Source of the DNA: Minisyncoccota bacterium
GTDB lineage: Bacteria; Patescibacteriota; Minisyncoccia; Phycocordibacterales; CALRHW01
Length of the DNA: 64,000 bases
Assembly (NCBI GenBank): GCA_046350795.1
Contig: JAXLZT010000001.1
Location: forward strand, 181,780-245,779
Direction of reading: 5' to 3'
The position numbers and the translations under genes were made by a program. Under the pieces are notes generated by a model. That model was not told where the DNA came from and made no database searches. It saw only the letters and a program-made list of their open reading frames with translations. Numbering within the stretch: position 1 is the stretch's first letter; each line of letters begins with the position of its first letter. Shown here one piece after another: positions 27,545 to 35,963 of the stretch.

Positions 27545-29425
27545 ATGGCATCACAAATTCATGAAGAAATAAATAAATATCTATCAGCCAATGTGGGGGC
27601 TAATTTTGAATGCCTTGAAAGCGCATTAATTAGCGCAGTATTAAATACGTCCAAAAAATACAAAATAAAGAACGAAATAATAAATAAGGTAATTTCACTA
27701 GAAAGTTCCGATAGAGAAATTGCCTATAAATGGATAATCGAGAATATAAAAGAGCCGAGTATCGCACATGTTTTGATACTTTATGAGGTTTGTGTTTCTC
27801 CGGAAAATCGTAAGCTTGATGGTGCGTATTTTACTCCTGACAGTATTGTAGATGCTATCGTTGATTTGACGGTTGGGAATATGGTTGGTTCTATTTGTGA
27901 TCCAGCTTGTGGAAGCGGAGCTTTTTTGCTTGGATCACTAAAAAAACTTCTACTAAACAATGCAGGGTCAATAGATGAAGTGCTTTCTAAATATATATGG
28001 GGTATCGACATTAACGGTCAGAATGTTGAGCATTCTAAAAGAATACTTTCACTTTACGCTGTTCTTGAAGGTGTTGATAAAAAACACTTTGATATTGGGA
28101 TTTTTCAAGGTAACAGCTTAAATTTTTCATGGCAGAATACTCCGAGAAAAAAAGCAGAGTTTGATTTTATAGTCGGTAACCCCCCTTATGTCAGAGGTCG
28201 AAATTTAACTCCAAAACTAAAATCCCAGATCAAATCGTGGTCGTCTGCTAATGGTGGTATTGCAGATTTGTATATTCCTTTTTTCGAGATTGGCCTTACT
28301 TGGGCAGCAGATGATGGAAGGATTGGGTATATTACACCAAATACATACTTCTCATCAATTAATGGTCGTGGGGTCAGGAAAATGATCGTAGGTAAAAAAA
28401 TTCTTGAGAAAATTATTGATTTTGATGGATTTCCCGCATTTGAAGGCTTACTCACCTACACCTGTGTCACGATTCTTGATAAAAGCGGTGTGATCGAGCC
28501 GTTAATTGGAATGGCAAACTCCTTTAATCAACTCCAAGATATTCGGCGAATTAAACTTTCCAAAATAAATTATTCAGAACTTGAAAATAATGACTGGTAC
28601 ATACGTCCTCCAGATATAACACGTAACCTGCGAATGATGGAGAGGGTCGGTACACCACTAGACACTTACGTTCCTAAATTTACTACCGGCGTTGCAACCC
28701 TGCGAAATGACCTGTACATTTTTGATGGCCCAATAAAAAATGGATTTCTCTTTGTAGAAAGAGATGGAAAGCTTTTTAGAATTGAGGCAGATGCTACTGT
28801 GCCAATAATTAAACCAAACAAAATAAAGACAGAAGAGCAATTAAAGAAGAACTCGGAAAGAATTCTTTATCCCTATCGCTTCGTGTCTGGTCGTAAAAGA
28901 CCAGAACTTATACCGGAGGCTGAATTTAGTAAAAGTTTTCCAGGAGCTTACTCCTATTTACTACACTATCGAGCCGATTTAGAGAAACGTTCAATGGATA
29001 AGGGATCTGCTTGGTATGCTTTCGGTCGTTCGCAGGCACTTGATGGATTTGGTAAGAAAATTATTTTCCCAATGATGTCAGATCGTCCAGTTTTCTTACA
29101 TGTTACAGACCCAAATACTTTAATATACTGTGGATATGCACTTTATTCTGATTCAGAAGAAAAGACACAGATTTTACTGAAAATATTAAATTCTTCTGTC
29201 TTTTGGAATTATTTAGCGAATACCAGCAAGAATTATGCTAACGGATACAAGTCGCTAGCAAAAAATTATGTTAAAAAGTTTTCAATCCCCAAGTTTTCTA
29301 ATGTAGAAATTAAAAAATTGATGGCAATATCGGGAAATGATCTAGAATATTTCTTGAAAGAAAAATATTCTAACTCTATCGTGTCGCCCCAGATGCGTCA
29401 GGGGGAGCTACAACTTTTTTCCTAA
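27545..29425 (+). CDS. N6-adenine DNA methyltransferase (gamma class, TaqI/Eco57I-like)
   Basis: GAYFTP, DPACGSGAFL, IVGNPPY, ADLY..F, C-terminal TRD with WY. Confidence 0.92.
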   Translation: MASQIHEEINKYLSANVGANFECLESALISAVLNTSKKYKIKNEIINKVISLESSDREIAYKWIIENIKEPSIAHVLILYEVCVSPENRKLDGAYFTPDSIVDAIVDLTVGNMVGSICDPACGSGAFLLGSLKKLLLNNAGSIDEVLSKYIWGIDINGQNVEHSKRILSLYAVLEGVDKKHFDIGIFQGNSLNFSWQNTPRKKAEFDFIVGNPPYVRGRNLTPKLKSQIKSWSSANGGIADLYIPFFEIGLTWAADDGRIGYITPNTYFSSINGRGVRKMIVGKKILEKIIDFDGFPAFEGLLTYTCVTILDKSGVIEPLIGMANSFNQLQDIRRIKLSKINYSELENNDWYIRPPDITRNLRMMERVGTPLDTYVPKFTTGVATLRNDLYIFDGPIKNGFLFVERDGKLFRIEADATVPIIKPNKIKTEEQLKKNSERILYPYRFVSGRKRPELIPEAEFSKSFPGAYSYLLHYRADLEKRSMDKGSAWYAFGRSQALDGFGKKIIFPMMSDRPVFLHVTDPNTLIYCGYALYSDSEEKTQILLKILNSSVFWNYLANTSKNYANGYKSLAKNYVKKFSIPKFSNVEIKKLMAISGNDLEYFLKEKYSNSIVSPQMRQGELQLFS

Positions 29426-30080
29426 AAGCAGCAACGATATTATCAAAAAAGTTCTCTAGCTTTAGTTCTACTTGGCTTGGGAAAACATCCGAGAGTTCCG
29501 GTGGATTAGCATTAAAGTCAATAACACAATACGCAACATTTTCATATTTTGTAAGCTGAGTATCAGCTCGTCGAATTTTAAAGAATAGTTGGTTAGATGC
29601 AGCCTCATAGTTGAATGAGCCAACCGGCCCAACAGGTTTCTTTGTTGGTAAATCAGATAACGGATGCAGATACACCAATCCAACAGAGCAAGTTGGGAAT
29701 TGCTCGTGTATACTCTCAACTTCACCAGCTTTCATTCTAATGTAGTTATTAAAATTCTTGCCGATTGATGTCATCTGACTACGAACGTCCACGATTAATA
29801 CTGGTTCACCTCGCTCATTTAGAACACCAACATCAGCCTCAACTTTCGTGCCTTCGACTTTAAACTTGGCTTCTTTTTCTATTTTAAATCTAAGATCTTC
29901 AATACCGCGTTTACGTAGTTCATTTTCGCAATAATCTTGAAACAATGTAATAAAAGCTTTGCTTCTAACAGCTTTTGTTGGGTCTTTAATGAAAAGATCC
30001 CTCATTTTAATTAGGGTTTTAGTAAGTTCTGTGGTGTCGATAGCTATATTCTTATTTTGCTTCGGTTTTAACTTGGACAT
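29376..30080 (-). CDS. Putative type II restriction endonuclease (PD-(D/E)xK-like)
   Basis: E...ADV.V...LIVDVRS..SIGKNFNN..R; convergent with and overlapping the MTase. Confidence 0.6.
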   Translation of the reverse strand: MSKLKPKQNKNIAIDTTELTKTLIKMRDLFIKDPTKAVRSKAFITLFQDYCENELRKRGIEDLRFKIEKEAKFKVEGTKVEADVGVLNERGEPVLIVDVRSQMTSIGKNFNNYIRMKAGEVESIHEQFPTCSVGLVYLHPLSDLPTKKPVGPVGSFNYEAASNQLFFKIRRADTQLTKYENVAYCVIDFNANPPELSDVFPSQVELKLENFFDNIVAAFRKKVVAPPDASGATR

Positions 30081-30081
30081 T

Positions 30082-30171
30082 TGGCGGAGGAGGTGAGATT
30101 CGAACTCACGGGACCCTTACGAGCCCTCTTGTTTTCAAGACAAGTGCATTCGACCACTCTGCCACTCCTCC
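30082..30171 (-). tRNA. tRNA-Ser (UGA), CCA encoded
   Basis: GGAGGAG/CTCCTCC acceptor, CTTGT-CTTGAAA-ACAAG, long variable arm. Confidence 0.95.
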
Positions 30172-30225
30172 AGAGATTGTCGCGCTTTTGCCCTACGGCC
30201 ACGCGTCAATCGGTCTATATTTATG

Positions 30226-30468
30226 CTATTTCTCTTCTGTTTCAGACACCACTGTATATTTTTTTGCCACGAAATACAAGTATATGATATCCAGTATTCC
30301 AACGGTATTGATTACCAAAATGGCAATAAACCATTTTTTATGCGACAGCTGAGCTGATCGCCAAAGGGCAAGACCTTTCCAAATAATGCTCCACAGCATT
30401 ATGGCAAATGCCAAAGCGGGGTGATTACTAAAGAAAAGCTCTACATTTTTTATATTTTCTACGAGCAT
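30226..30468 (-). CDS. Small membrane protein (DUF5652-like)
   Basis: WSIIWKGLALWRSA...WFI...NTVGILDIIY. Confidence 0.8.
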   Translation of the reverse strand: MLVENIKNVELFFSNHPALAFAIMLWSIIWKGLALWRSAQLSHKKWFIAILVINTVGILDIIYLYFVAKKYTVVSETEEK

Positions 30469-30507
30469 GGGAGATATAATAACAAAAAAGTCTGATATAT
30501 TAAAGAT

Positions 30508-30948
30508 ATGAGATATTTAGGTATAGATTTTGGTAGTAAAAGGGTGGGCGTCGCTCTGTCTGATGAAGGCAACTCTTTTGCCTTACCTTTAAAAGTACTT
30601 CCAAATGACAAAAATCTGCTCGATGAGATACAAAAAATTTGTCAGCAAAATGATGTGGGTTGTGTGGTGATGGGGGAGTCAAAGGACTTTAGCGGAAAAG
30701 ATAATCCAATAATGGAGAGAATAAATGATTTTGTGGCACAGCTATCTCTGACGATGCCTGAAGTGCGCATAGAGCTCGAGCCAGAGTTTCTCACGAGTGC
30801 ACAGGCAGAGCGTCTGGGCAATCGCCGGCCAGATAGAGAAGTAGAGAGGACTAGGCAAAAAAAGGGGAAAAACGAAATGCTCGACGCTTCATCGGCGGCG
30901 TTGATTCTGAAAAGTTTTTTAGAAAAGTGTGCGAATGATAAAAAATAA
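30508..30948 (+). CDS. ruvX: RuvX/YqgF family nuclease
   Basis: YLGIDFGSKRVGVALSD, EFLTS, DASSAALIL. Confidence 0.92.
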   Translation: MRYLGIDFGSKRVGVALSDEGNSFALPLKVLPNDKNLLDEIQKICQQNDVGCVVMGESKDFSGKDNPIMERINDFVAQLSLTMPEVRIELEPEFLTSAQAERLGNRRPDREVERTRQKKGKNEMLDASSAALILKSFLEKCANDKK

Positions 30949-30952
30949 AAAT

Positions 30953-31279
30953 ATGATATCAATAGATGATTTTAAAAAAGTAGAAATAAAAGCAGGAAAA
31001 ATTTTGACTGCAGAAAAGGTGCCTGACACAGACAAGCTTGTGCGACTCACTGTGGATTTTGCAGAAGAGACTCCGCGACAAATAGTGTCTGGTATTGCTA
31101 TGCATTTTCCTGATGTCTCGGCGCTCGTGGGAAAGACTTGTACTTTTATTACAAATCTAGAACCTCGCACCATAAAAGGTTTGGAAAGTAACGGAATGAT
31201 ACTTGCTCTGTCGACAGAAAACGCTTTTTCTCTTTTAGAACCTTCTTCTCCTGTGCCACCCGGTACTTCTGCACACTAG
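30953..31279 (+). CDS. tRNA-binding OB-fold protein (MetG C-terminal/CsaA-like)
   Basis: ISIDDFKKVEIKAG, RQIVSGI, NLEPR, SNGMIL. Confidence 0.88.
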   Translation: MISIDDFKKVEIKAGKILTAEKVPDTDKLVRLTVDFAEETPRQIVSGIAMHFPDVSALVGKTCTFITNLEPRTIKGLESNGMILALSTENAFSLLEPSSPVPPGTSAH

Positions 31280-31321
31280 TTTGTCTACATACACAAAAGA
31301 ATAGTATATAATTATTCTTAC

Positions 31322-32299
31322 ATGAGTAAGAATTTCTTTGATTTTTTCCCTCCACCAAAGTTTTTAGAAATGCCTGCAGTGGGTTTTTCTATTTCTGATA
31401 CCAGCCTACGCTTTGTAGAGCTTCGCGATCATGAAGGTACTTTTATTCTCGGTGATTATTCACAAAGAATTATTCCGCCGGGTGCGATAGATGCTGGATA
31501 TATCAACAAGCCAGAGCAAGTCATAGAAATGTTGAAGGAGTTGAAGAAGCAATACGGCCTAAAATTTGTAAAAGCTACGCTACCTGAAGAAAAAGCTTTC
31601 GTCTTTCGTACACAGATTCCAACGACTGTCCCAGAAGAAATGCGAAGTGCTGTGGAGTTTACTATAGAGGAAAATGTACCAATGTCTGTGGCTGACGTAG
31701 AGTTTGATTTTACCGTTATACCCCACGAAGCAACAGAAGATGGCCATACAGATGTGGCTGTATGTGTGGTGCCAAAAAAAGTGATAGATGCATATCTAGC
31801 TCTTTTTACAGAAGTAGATCTTACCGTGGTTTCCTTTGAGCTTGAGTCTCAGGCTATCGCACGGTCTATTGTTTCTGTAGGTGATACTGCATCTTATCTG
31901 ATTTTAAATTTAGAGAAAAATAAAACTGGTTTTTATATCGCTACTGCAGGCGCAGTACATTTTACATCCACAATGTCTATCACAGCCGACACTTTGCCAG
32001 AGCTTTCTGAAGAGATTAGTAAAATATATTGGCATGCTCATGGAGAGAAAAAAGAAAAGGGTGGCACGACTATTGTAAAAATTCTTCTTTGCGGAGAGGG
32101 AGCTGTGAAAGATGGTGTAAAAGAATATATTTTCAATAAGCTTGGTATAGAAGTAGAAGTGGCAAACGTTTGGAAAAATGTTTTTGTTCTTGATAAATAT
32201 GTGCCCGATATTACACAAAAAGATTCTTTTGGATTTGCGGCTGCTATTGGCCTTGCTTTTCCTAGCACCGGAAAGATAATTAAAAAAGAAGAAAAATGA
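31322..32299 (+). CDS. pilM: Type IV pilus assembly protein PilM
   Basis: Actin-like fold: VGFSISDTSLRFVEL, ILLCGEGA, AAAIGLA. Confidence 0.85.
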   Translation: MSKNFFDFFPPPKFLEMPAVGFSISDTSLRFVELRDHEGTFILGDYSQRIIPPGAIDAGYINKPEQVIEMLKELKKQYGLKFVKATLPEEKAFVFRTQIPTTVPEEMRSAVEFTIEENVPMSVADVEFDFTVIPHEATEDGHTDVAVCVVPKKVIDAYLALFTEVDLTVVSFELESQAIARSIVSVGDTASYLILNLEKNKTGFYIATAGAVHFTSTMSITADTLPELSEEISKIYWHAHGEKKEKGGTTIVKILLCGEGAVKDGVKEYIFNKLGIEVEVANVWKNVFVLDKYVPDITQKDSFGFAAAIGLAFPSTGKIIKKEEK

Positions 32300-32832
32300 C
32301 AAATCTTTTACCACAGCCAGAGCAGATGGCAATAAAAAAAGAATACAAATATCGCCGATCAATCGTATTTGTCCTTATGTTTGTATTTACAATGATCGTT
32401 GGTGCGGGATTTCTTTTGCCATCACTTATCCTTTCAAATATTAAATTGAAGACAGTTAGTTTTGAGGCGGAAAAAGCACGCACAGCAAACGAACAAAGAG
32501 TCAAAGACAACGCTTCAGTCTCAACCCTAAAGGAAACAGAGAGCAAGCTCGCTCTTTTAAATACTTCTGGTGTGGGTGGTTCTGTGGTCTCTGTTGTGGA
32601 TCTTATTACAAAAGAAAAAAGTCCAAATATAAGGATAAGAGAAATATCATATGAGGGTGGTGTATCGGGAAAGATTACAATATCTGGGCTTTCAAAAGAC
32701 AGAGAGAGTCTGACGGATTTTTTACACCAGATGCAGGCGATTAGTATTTTTAAGCTCGTAGATTTGCCAGTATCAAATTTTGCAAAAGATAAAGATATTA
32801 GTTTTTCTATGCAAATATCAGGAACATTTTAA
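32296..32832 (+). CDS. pilN: PilN-like protein
   Basis: N-terminal NLLP, TM helix, ITISG..DRESL. Confidence 0.8.
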   Translation: MTNLLPQPEQMAIKKEYKYRRSIVFVLMFVFTMIVGAGFLLPSLILSNIKLKTVSFEAEKARTANEQRVKDNASVSTLKETESKLALLNTSGVGGSVVSVVDLITKEKSPNIRIREISYEGGVSGKITISGLSKDRESLTDFLHQMQAISIFKLVDLPVSNFAKDKDISFSMQISGTF

Positions 32833-32836
32833 AAAT

Positions 32837-33457
32837 ATGAAACTTTCTACCAAACAAACATTGATACTGGTTATACTTTTAGTGTTTTTTGTATTGGGTG
32901 GATATTACTTTCTATTTGTATTGATAAAAAATAAGAATGAAAAGGTCTCTCTTTTTTCTCAGGAAATAGATTTGTATTTAGAGCGTGAGTCTATGCGTAG
33001 GACGACAGAAAAGACAGCAGAAGAGCTTAGTGAAAAAATACAAAAGCTTGAATCATACTTCCTTCACAAAGATGAAGTGGTGCCTTTTATAGAAAGCATA
33101 GAGGATGCCGGTGGAAAAAGTGGGGTAGATGTGTCTATTGCGTCTGTTGGGGTGACCGGCGCTCCACAAATAGTAGAATCTACTGGTGTTGGTAGTGGTG
33201 TAGTAGACGAAAAGAAAGATGAAATGCTCGCGCTACGTCTTGATGTGAAAGGGTCTTGGGGTAATGTTATGAACTTTGTTTCATATATAGAAAATCTGCC
33301 TTATAAAGTGTCGGTGGACAGGGTTTTGTTTCATAAAAATTCTTCTGTCGATATGTTTTTTACTGCAGGTGAAAAAAACACCGCATCTATTGGACAAAAA
33401 TCCAGTATTCCTGCTTGGTCGGCAACAATTGAAATGAGCGTTTTAACTTTAAAATAA
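32837..33457 (+). CDS. pilO: PilO-like protein
   Basis: TM + coiled coil, GSWGNVMNFVSYIENLPY; position after pilN. Confidence 0.7.
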   Translation: MKLSTKQTLILVILLVFFVLGGYYFLFVLIKNKNEKVSLFSQEIDLYLERESMRRTTEKTAEELSEKIQKLESYFLHKDEVVPFIESIEDAGGKSGVDVSIASVGVTGAPQIVESTGVGSGVVDEKKDEMLALRLDVKGSWGNVMNFVSYIENLPYKVSVDRVLFHKNSSVDMFFTAGEKNTASIGQKSSIPAWSATIEMSVLTLK

Positions 33458-33458
33458 A

Positions 33459-33788
33459 ATGAAACTTTCTTTTAATATAAAATCTTTTAAAAATATTTTT
33501 ACCAAAAAGTCTGTGGTAAAAGAGGAGATGTATAACGCAAAGCGCGATTGGAAGTGGTCATTGTTTTTATTTACTGGAATTTCTCTTTTACTCGCATGCT
33601 TCAGTGGTTATTTATTTTTCAAAATAAATAAAGGAGACCTGTTTAATGTAAAAAAGTCTGCTGACGATTCTTTTGAAGTGGTAAATAAAAAGAACCTCGA
33701 TGAAACAGTGGAGAGGTTTGAAGCAAAAAAAGCAAAACTCATCGAGCTAGAGCAGAGGAATAGTATAATGCCGGATCCTTCTATTTAG
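33459..33788 (+). CDS. Hypothetical membrane protein in pil operon
   Basis: Single TM, ends DPS; follows pilO. Confidence 0.7.
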   Translation: MKLSFNIKSFKNIFTKKSVVKEEMYNAKRDWKWSLFLFTGISLLLACFSGYLFFKINKGDLFNVKKSADDSFEVVNKKNLDETVERFEAKKAKLIELEQRNSIMPDPSI

Positions 33789-33829
33789 GCTGGATTATTT
33801 GCGCTGATACGGGTAATATGTCAATTATT

Positions 33830-33901
33830 GCCCTTGTAGTTCAATGGATAGAACACCGGACTTCTAAGCCGGTTATGTAGGTTCGATTCCTACCGAGGGC
33901 A
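33830..33901 (+). tRNA. tRNA-Arg (UCU), CCA not encoded
   Basis: GCCCTTG/CGAGGGC acceptor; loop CT-TCT-AA. Confidence 0.92.
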
Positions 33902-33929
33902 CAATCAATAGAACGAAAGTATGTTTGGG

Positions 33930-34002
33930 TGCGCGATGAGGGACTCGAACCCCCGACCTTATCAGTGTAAATGATCTGCTCTACCAACTGAGCTAATCGC
34001 GC
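33930..34002 (-). tRNA. tRNA-Val (UAC)
   Basis: GCGCGAT/ATCGCGC acceptor; loop TT-TAC-AC. Confidence 0.93.
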
Positions 34003-34126
34003 ATACTTGAAGCCAAAGCTCCTTTAGTCGTCTAACAATAAACTATTCCTGTCGTTTTTTCAACTTTTTCATAGAGCAGACCTTTTGTGCTATTATGTCT
34101 TTAAATATTAAATAAACACAAAAAAT

Positions 34127-34450
34127 ATGTCAGATCAAATCTCACAAAAGATTCAACAGCTTACGGCTTCACTACGACAAAAGCAGGCAAATGAAACAGC
34201 CCAAGAGAGACATCTAGAAGAGGTAAAAAGAAAGATTGCTGAGATCGAGGCTGAAATAAAAAGGATTGCAGAAGAGGAAAAAAAGCTTCCAAATCTGAAA
34301 AATCAGTTGCGTGCTGCGGAAAATGAAGAAACTAAAATAGAAAGAGATTTGCAGACAGCGGAAAGAGAGGAATCTACAGTAGAAAGAGAGCTCAATGAGC
34401 TTAAGCGTGAACTAGAAAACATGGAACGCGCAAACCGTAATAAAAAATAA
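34127..34450 (+). CDS. Coiled-coil hypothetical protein
   Basis: E/K/Q/R-rich heptad pattern throughout. Confidence 0.7.
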   Translation: MSDQISQKIQQLTASLRQKQANETAQERHLEEVKRKIAEIEAEIKRIAEEEKKLPNLKNQLRAAENEETKIERDLQTAEREESTVERELNELKRELENMERANRNKK

Positions 34451-34468
34451 TTTAGCGGGAACATTTAA

Positions 34469-35209
34469 ATGGAAATAGAAGTTTTATTCGAAAATAAAAA
34501 TTATTTAATAATAAACAAGCCCGCAGGGCTTGTTGTGCATTATGATGGCAAGACTGTCGAGTCAAACGTCGCTGACTGGGTTTTGAAAAATTATCCGCAG
34601 ACCGCTGACGTGGGCGAGCCACTCAAACTTTCAAATGGTGAAGTCATAAAGCGTCCCGGCATCGTACATCGCATCGATCGTGATACATCTGGCGCACTAG
34701 TCATTGCTCTCAATCAAGAATCTTTTTTGCATCTAAAAGGAATGTTTCAATCTCGCGAAGTACAAAAAACATATCACGCTTTTGTATATGGCATTGTAAA
34801 AAAAGATGATGGTGTGATCGACAGACCGATAGGTAGAAGCCGAAAGGATTTTCGTCTCTGGTCTGCTCAGCGTTTTGCGCGAGGGGAGATGAGGGAAGCT
34901 GTCACTGATTATAGAGTACTTGCGCGCGGGGGTGATGCAGGCGTTGATGCAACTTTCATAGAAGCCAAACCTCATACCGGACGCACGCACCAGATTCGTG
35001 TGCATTTTAAAGCCATAAATCATCCTGTGGTTTGCGACAAGCTCTATGCGCCAAAGCGAGAGCCGCTCCTTGGTTTTGAAAGACTGGCTTTGCACGCTCG
35101 TTCTATAGAGTTTAGGGATACAGACGGCAGTGTCATATCAGCCACCGCACCTTACCCACAGGATTTTGCTCTGGCTGTTGATTTAATTGCAAAAACTAAG
35201 GCTGTATGA
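34469..35209 (+). CDS. RluA-family pseudouridine synthase
   Basis: NKPAGLVVH, HRIDRDTSG, TGRTHQIRVH, LHA. Confidence 0.94.
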   Translation: MEIEVLFENKNYLIINKPAGLVVHYDGKTVESNVADWVLKNYPQTADVGEPLKLSNGEVIKRPGIVHRIDRDTSGALVIALNQESFLHLKGMFQSREVQKTYHAFVYGIVKKDDGVIDRPIGRSRKDFRLWSAQRFARGEMREAVTDYRVLARGGDAGVDATFIEAKPHTGRTHQIRVHFKAINHPVVCDKLYAPKREPLLGFERLALHARSIEFRDTDGSVISATAPYPQDFALAVDLIAKTKAV

Positions 35210-35225
35210 TACATTAATCGCTACT

Positions 35226-35663
35226 ATGAATAGTCACAAAATGACAGTTTCTCCGGTGGTTGCTGAGCGAAAAAAGCTAGACATCCGCGCAGGAGACACA
35301 GTAAAAGTTTGGCAAAAGATTCAGGAAAAGGGCAAGACACGCTTGCAGCTTTTTGATGGACTTGTGCTTGCTGTAAAGCACGGTAAAGAAGCCGGCGGTA
35401 CTTTTACAGTACGAAAAGTTGCCAGTGGTGTGGGTGTAGAGAAAATTTTCCCTATATACTCTCCAATGATAGATAAGATAGAAGTAGTAAAAAGATCAAA
35501 AGTGCGTCGAGGCAAGCTATATCACATCAGAGATGAGGCAGCAAAAGAGATCAAGCGACAGATGAGAAACACTCGAATGATCAAGCCTCAAGAAGAGGAG
35601 GAAGTAGTAGAAGTGGCGAGTGTGGAGGCAGTAGAAGAAGCTCCAACTACAGCGCAGGCGTAA
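35226..35663 (+). CDS. rplS: 50S ribosomal protein L19
   Basis: GDTVKV, RLQLFDG, FTVRK..GVGVEKIFP, KVRRGKLY. Confidence 0.95.
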   Translation: MNSHKMTVSPVVAERKKLDIRAGDTVKVWQKIQEKGKTRLQLFDGLVLAVKHGKEAGGTFTVRKVASGVGVEKIFPIYSPMIDKIEVVKRSKVRRGKLYHIRDEAAKEIKRQMRNTRMIKPQEEEEVVEVASVEAVEEAPTTAQA

Positions 35664-35771
35664 AAAAAAGAAACAGAAGATAAAACAAAAGACGGCCGAG
35701 CGCCGTTTTTTGTTGAAAGTTGGGGGAATTTTAGGTATAGTGTGCAAACAGTTGTTGTTTGGAATTTAAAT

Positions 35772-35856
35772 GCGCAGGTGGCGAAATTGGTAGACGCACT
35801 ACCTTGAGGTGGTAGCGCCTGTTATGGGCTTGGAGGTTCAAATCCTCTCCTGCGCA
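35772..35856 (+). tRNA. tRNA-Leu (GAG), CCA not encoded
   Basis: GCGCAGG/CCTGCGC acceptor; CTACC-TTGAGGT-GGTAG; variable arm. Confidence 0.94.
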
Positions 35857-35888
35857 CAGTGCGAAGCGCTCAATGCGCTTAATAATAT

Positions 35889-35963
35889 GGTGGCTATAGT
35901 TTAGTGGTAAAACTTCGGTTTGTGGAGCCGATATCGAGAGTTCGATTCTCTCTAGCCACCCCA
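35889..35963 (+). tRNA. tRNA-His (GUG) with G-1 and CCA; integration target
   Basis: GGTGGCTA/TAGCCACC-CCA; TCGGT-TTGTGGA-GCCGA. Confidence 0.95.

Larger units (their letters stand above)
25327..30089. mobile_element. Recombinase-less genomic island at tRNA-Ser 3' end (R-M cargo)
   Basis: GGAG core at 25327-25330 and 30086-30089; orphan recombinase-tail-like frame at the left end; accessory cargo. Confidence 0.6.

Noticed and set aside
30081-30287. 68-aa ORF (likewise 35731-35964)
   Set aside because: Antisense translations of tRNA genes
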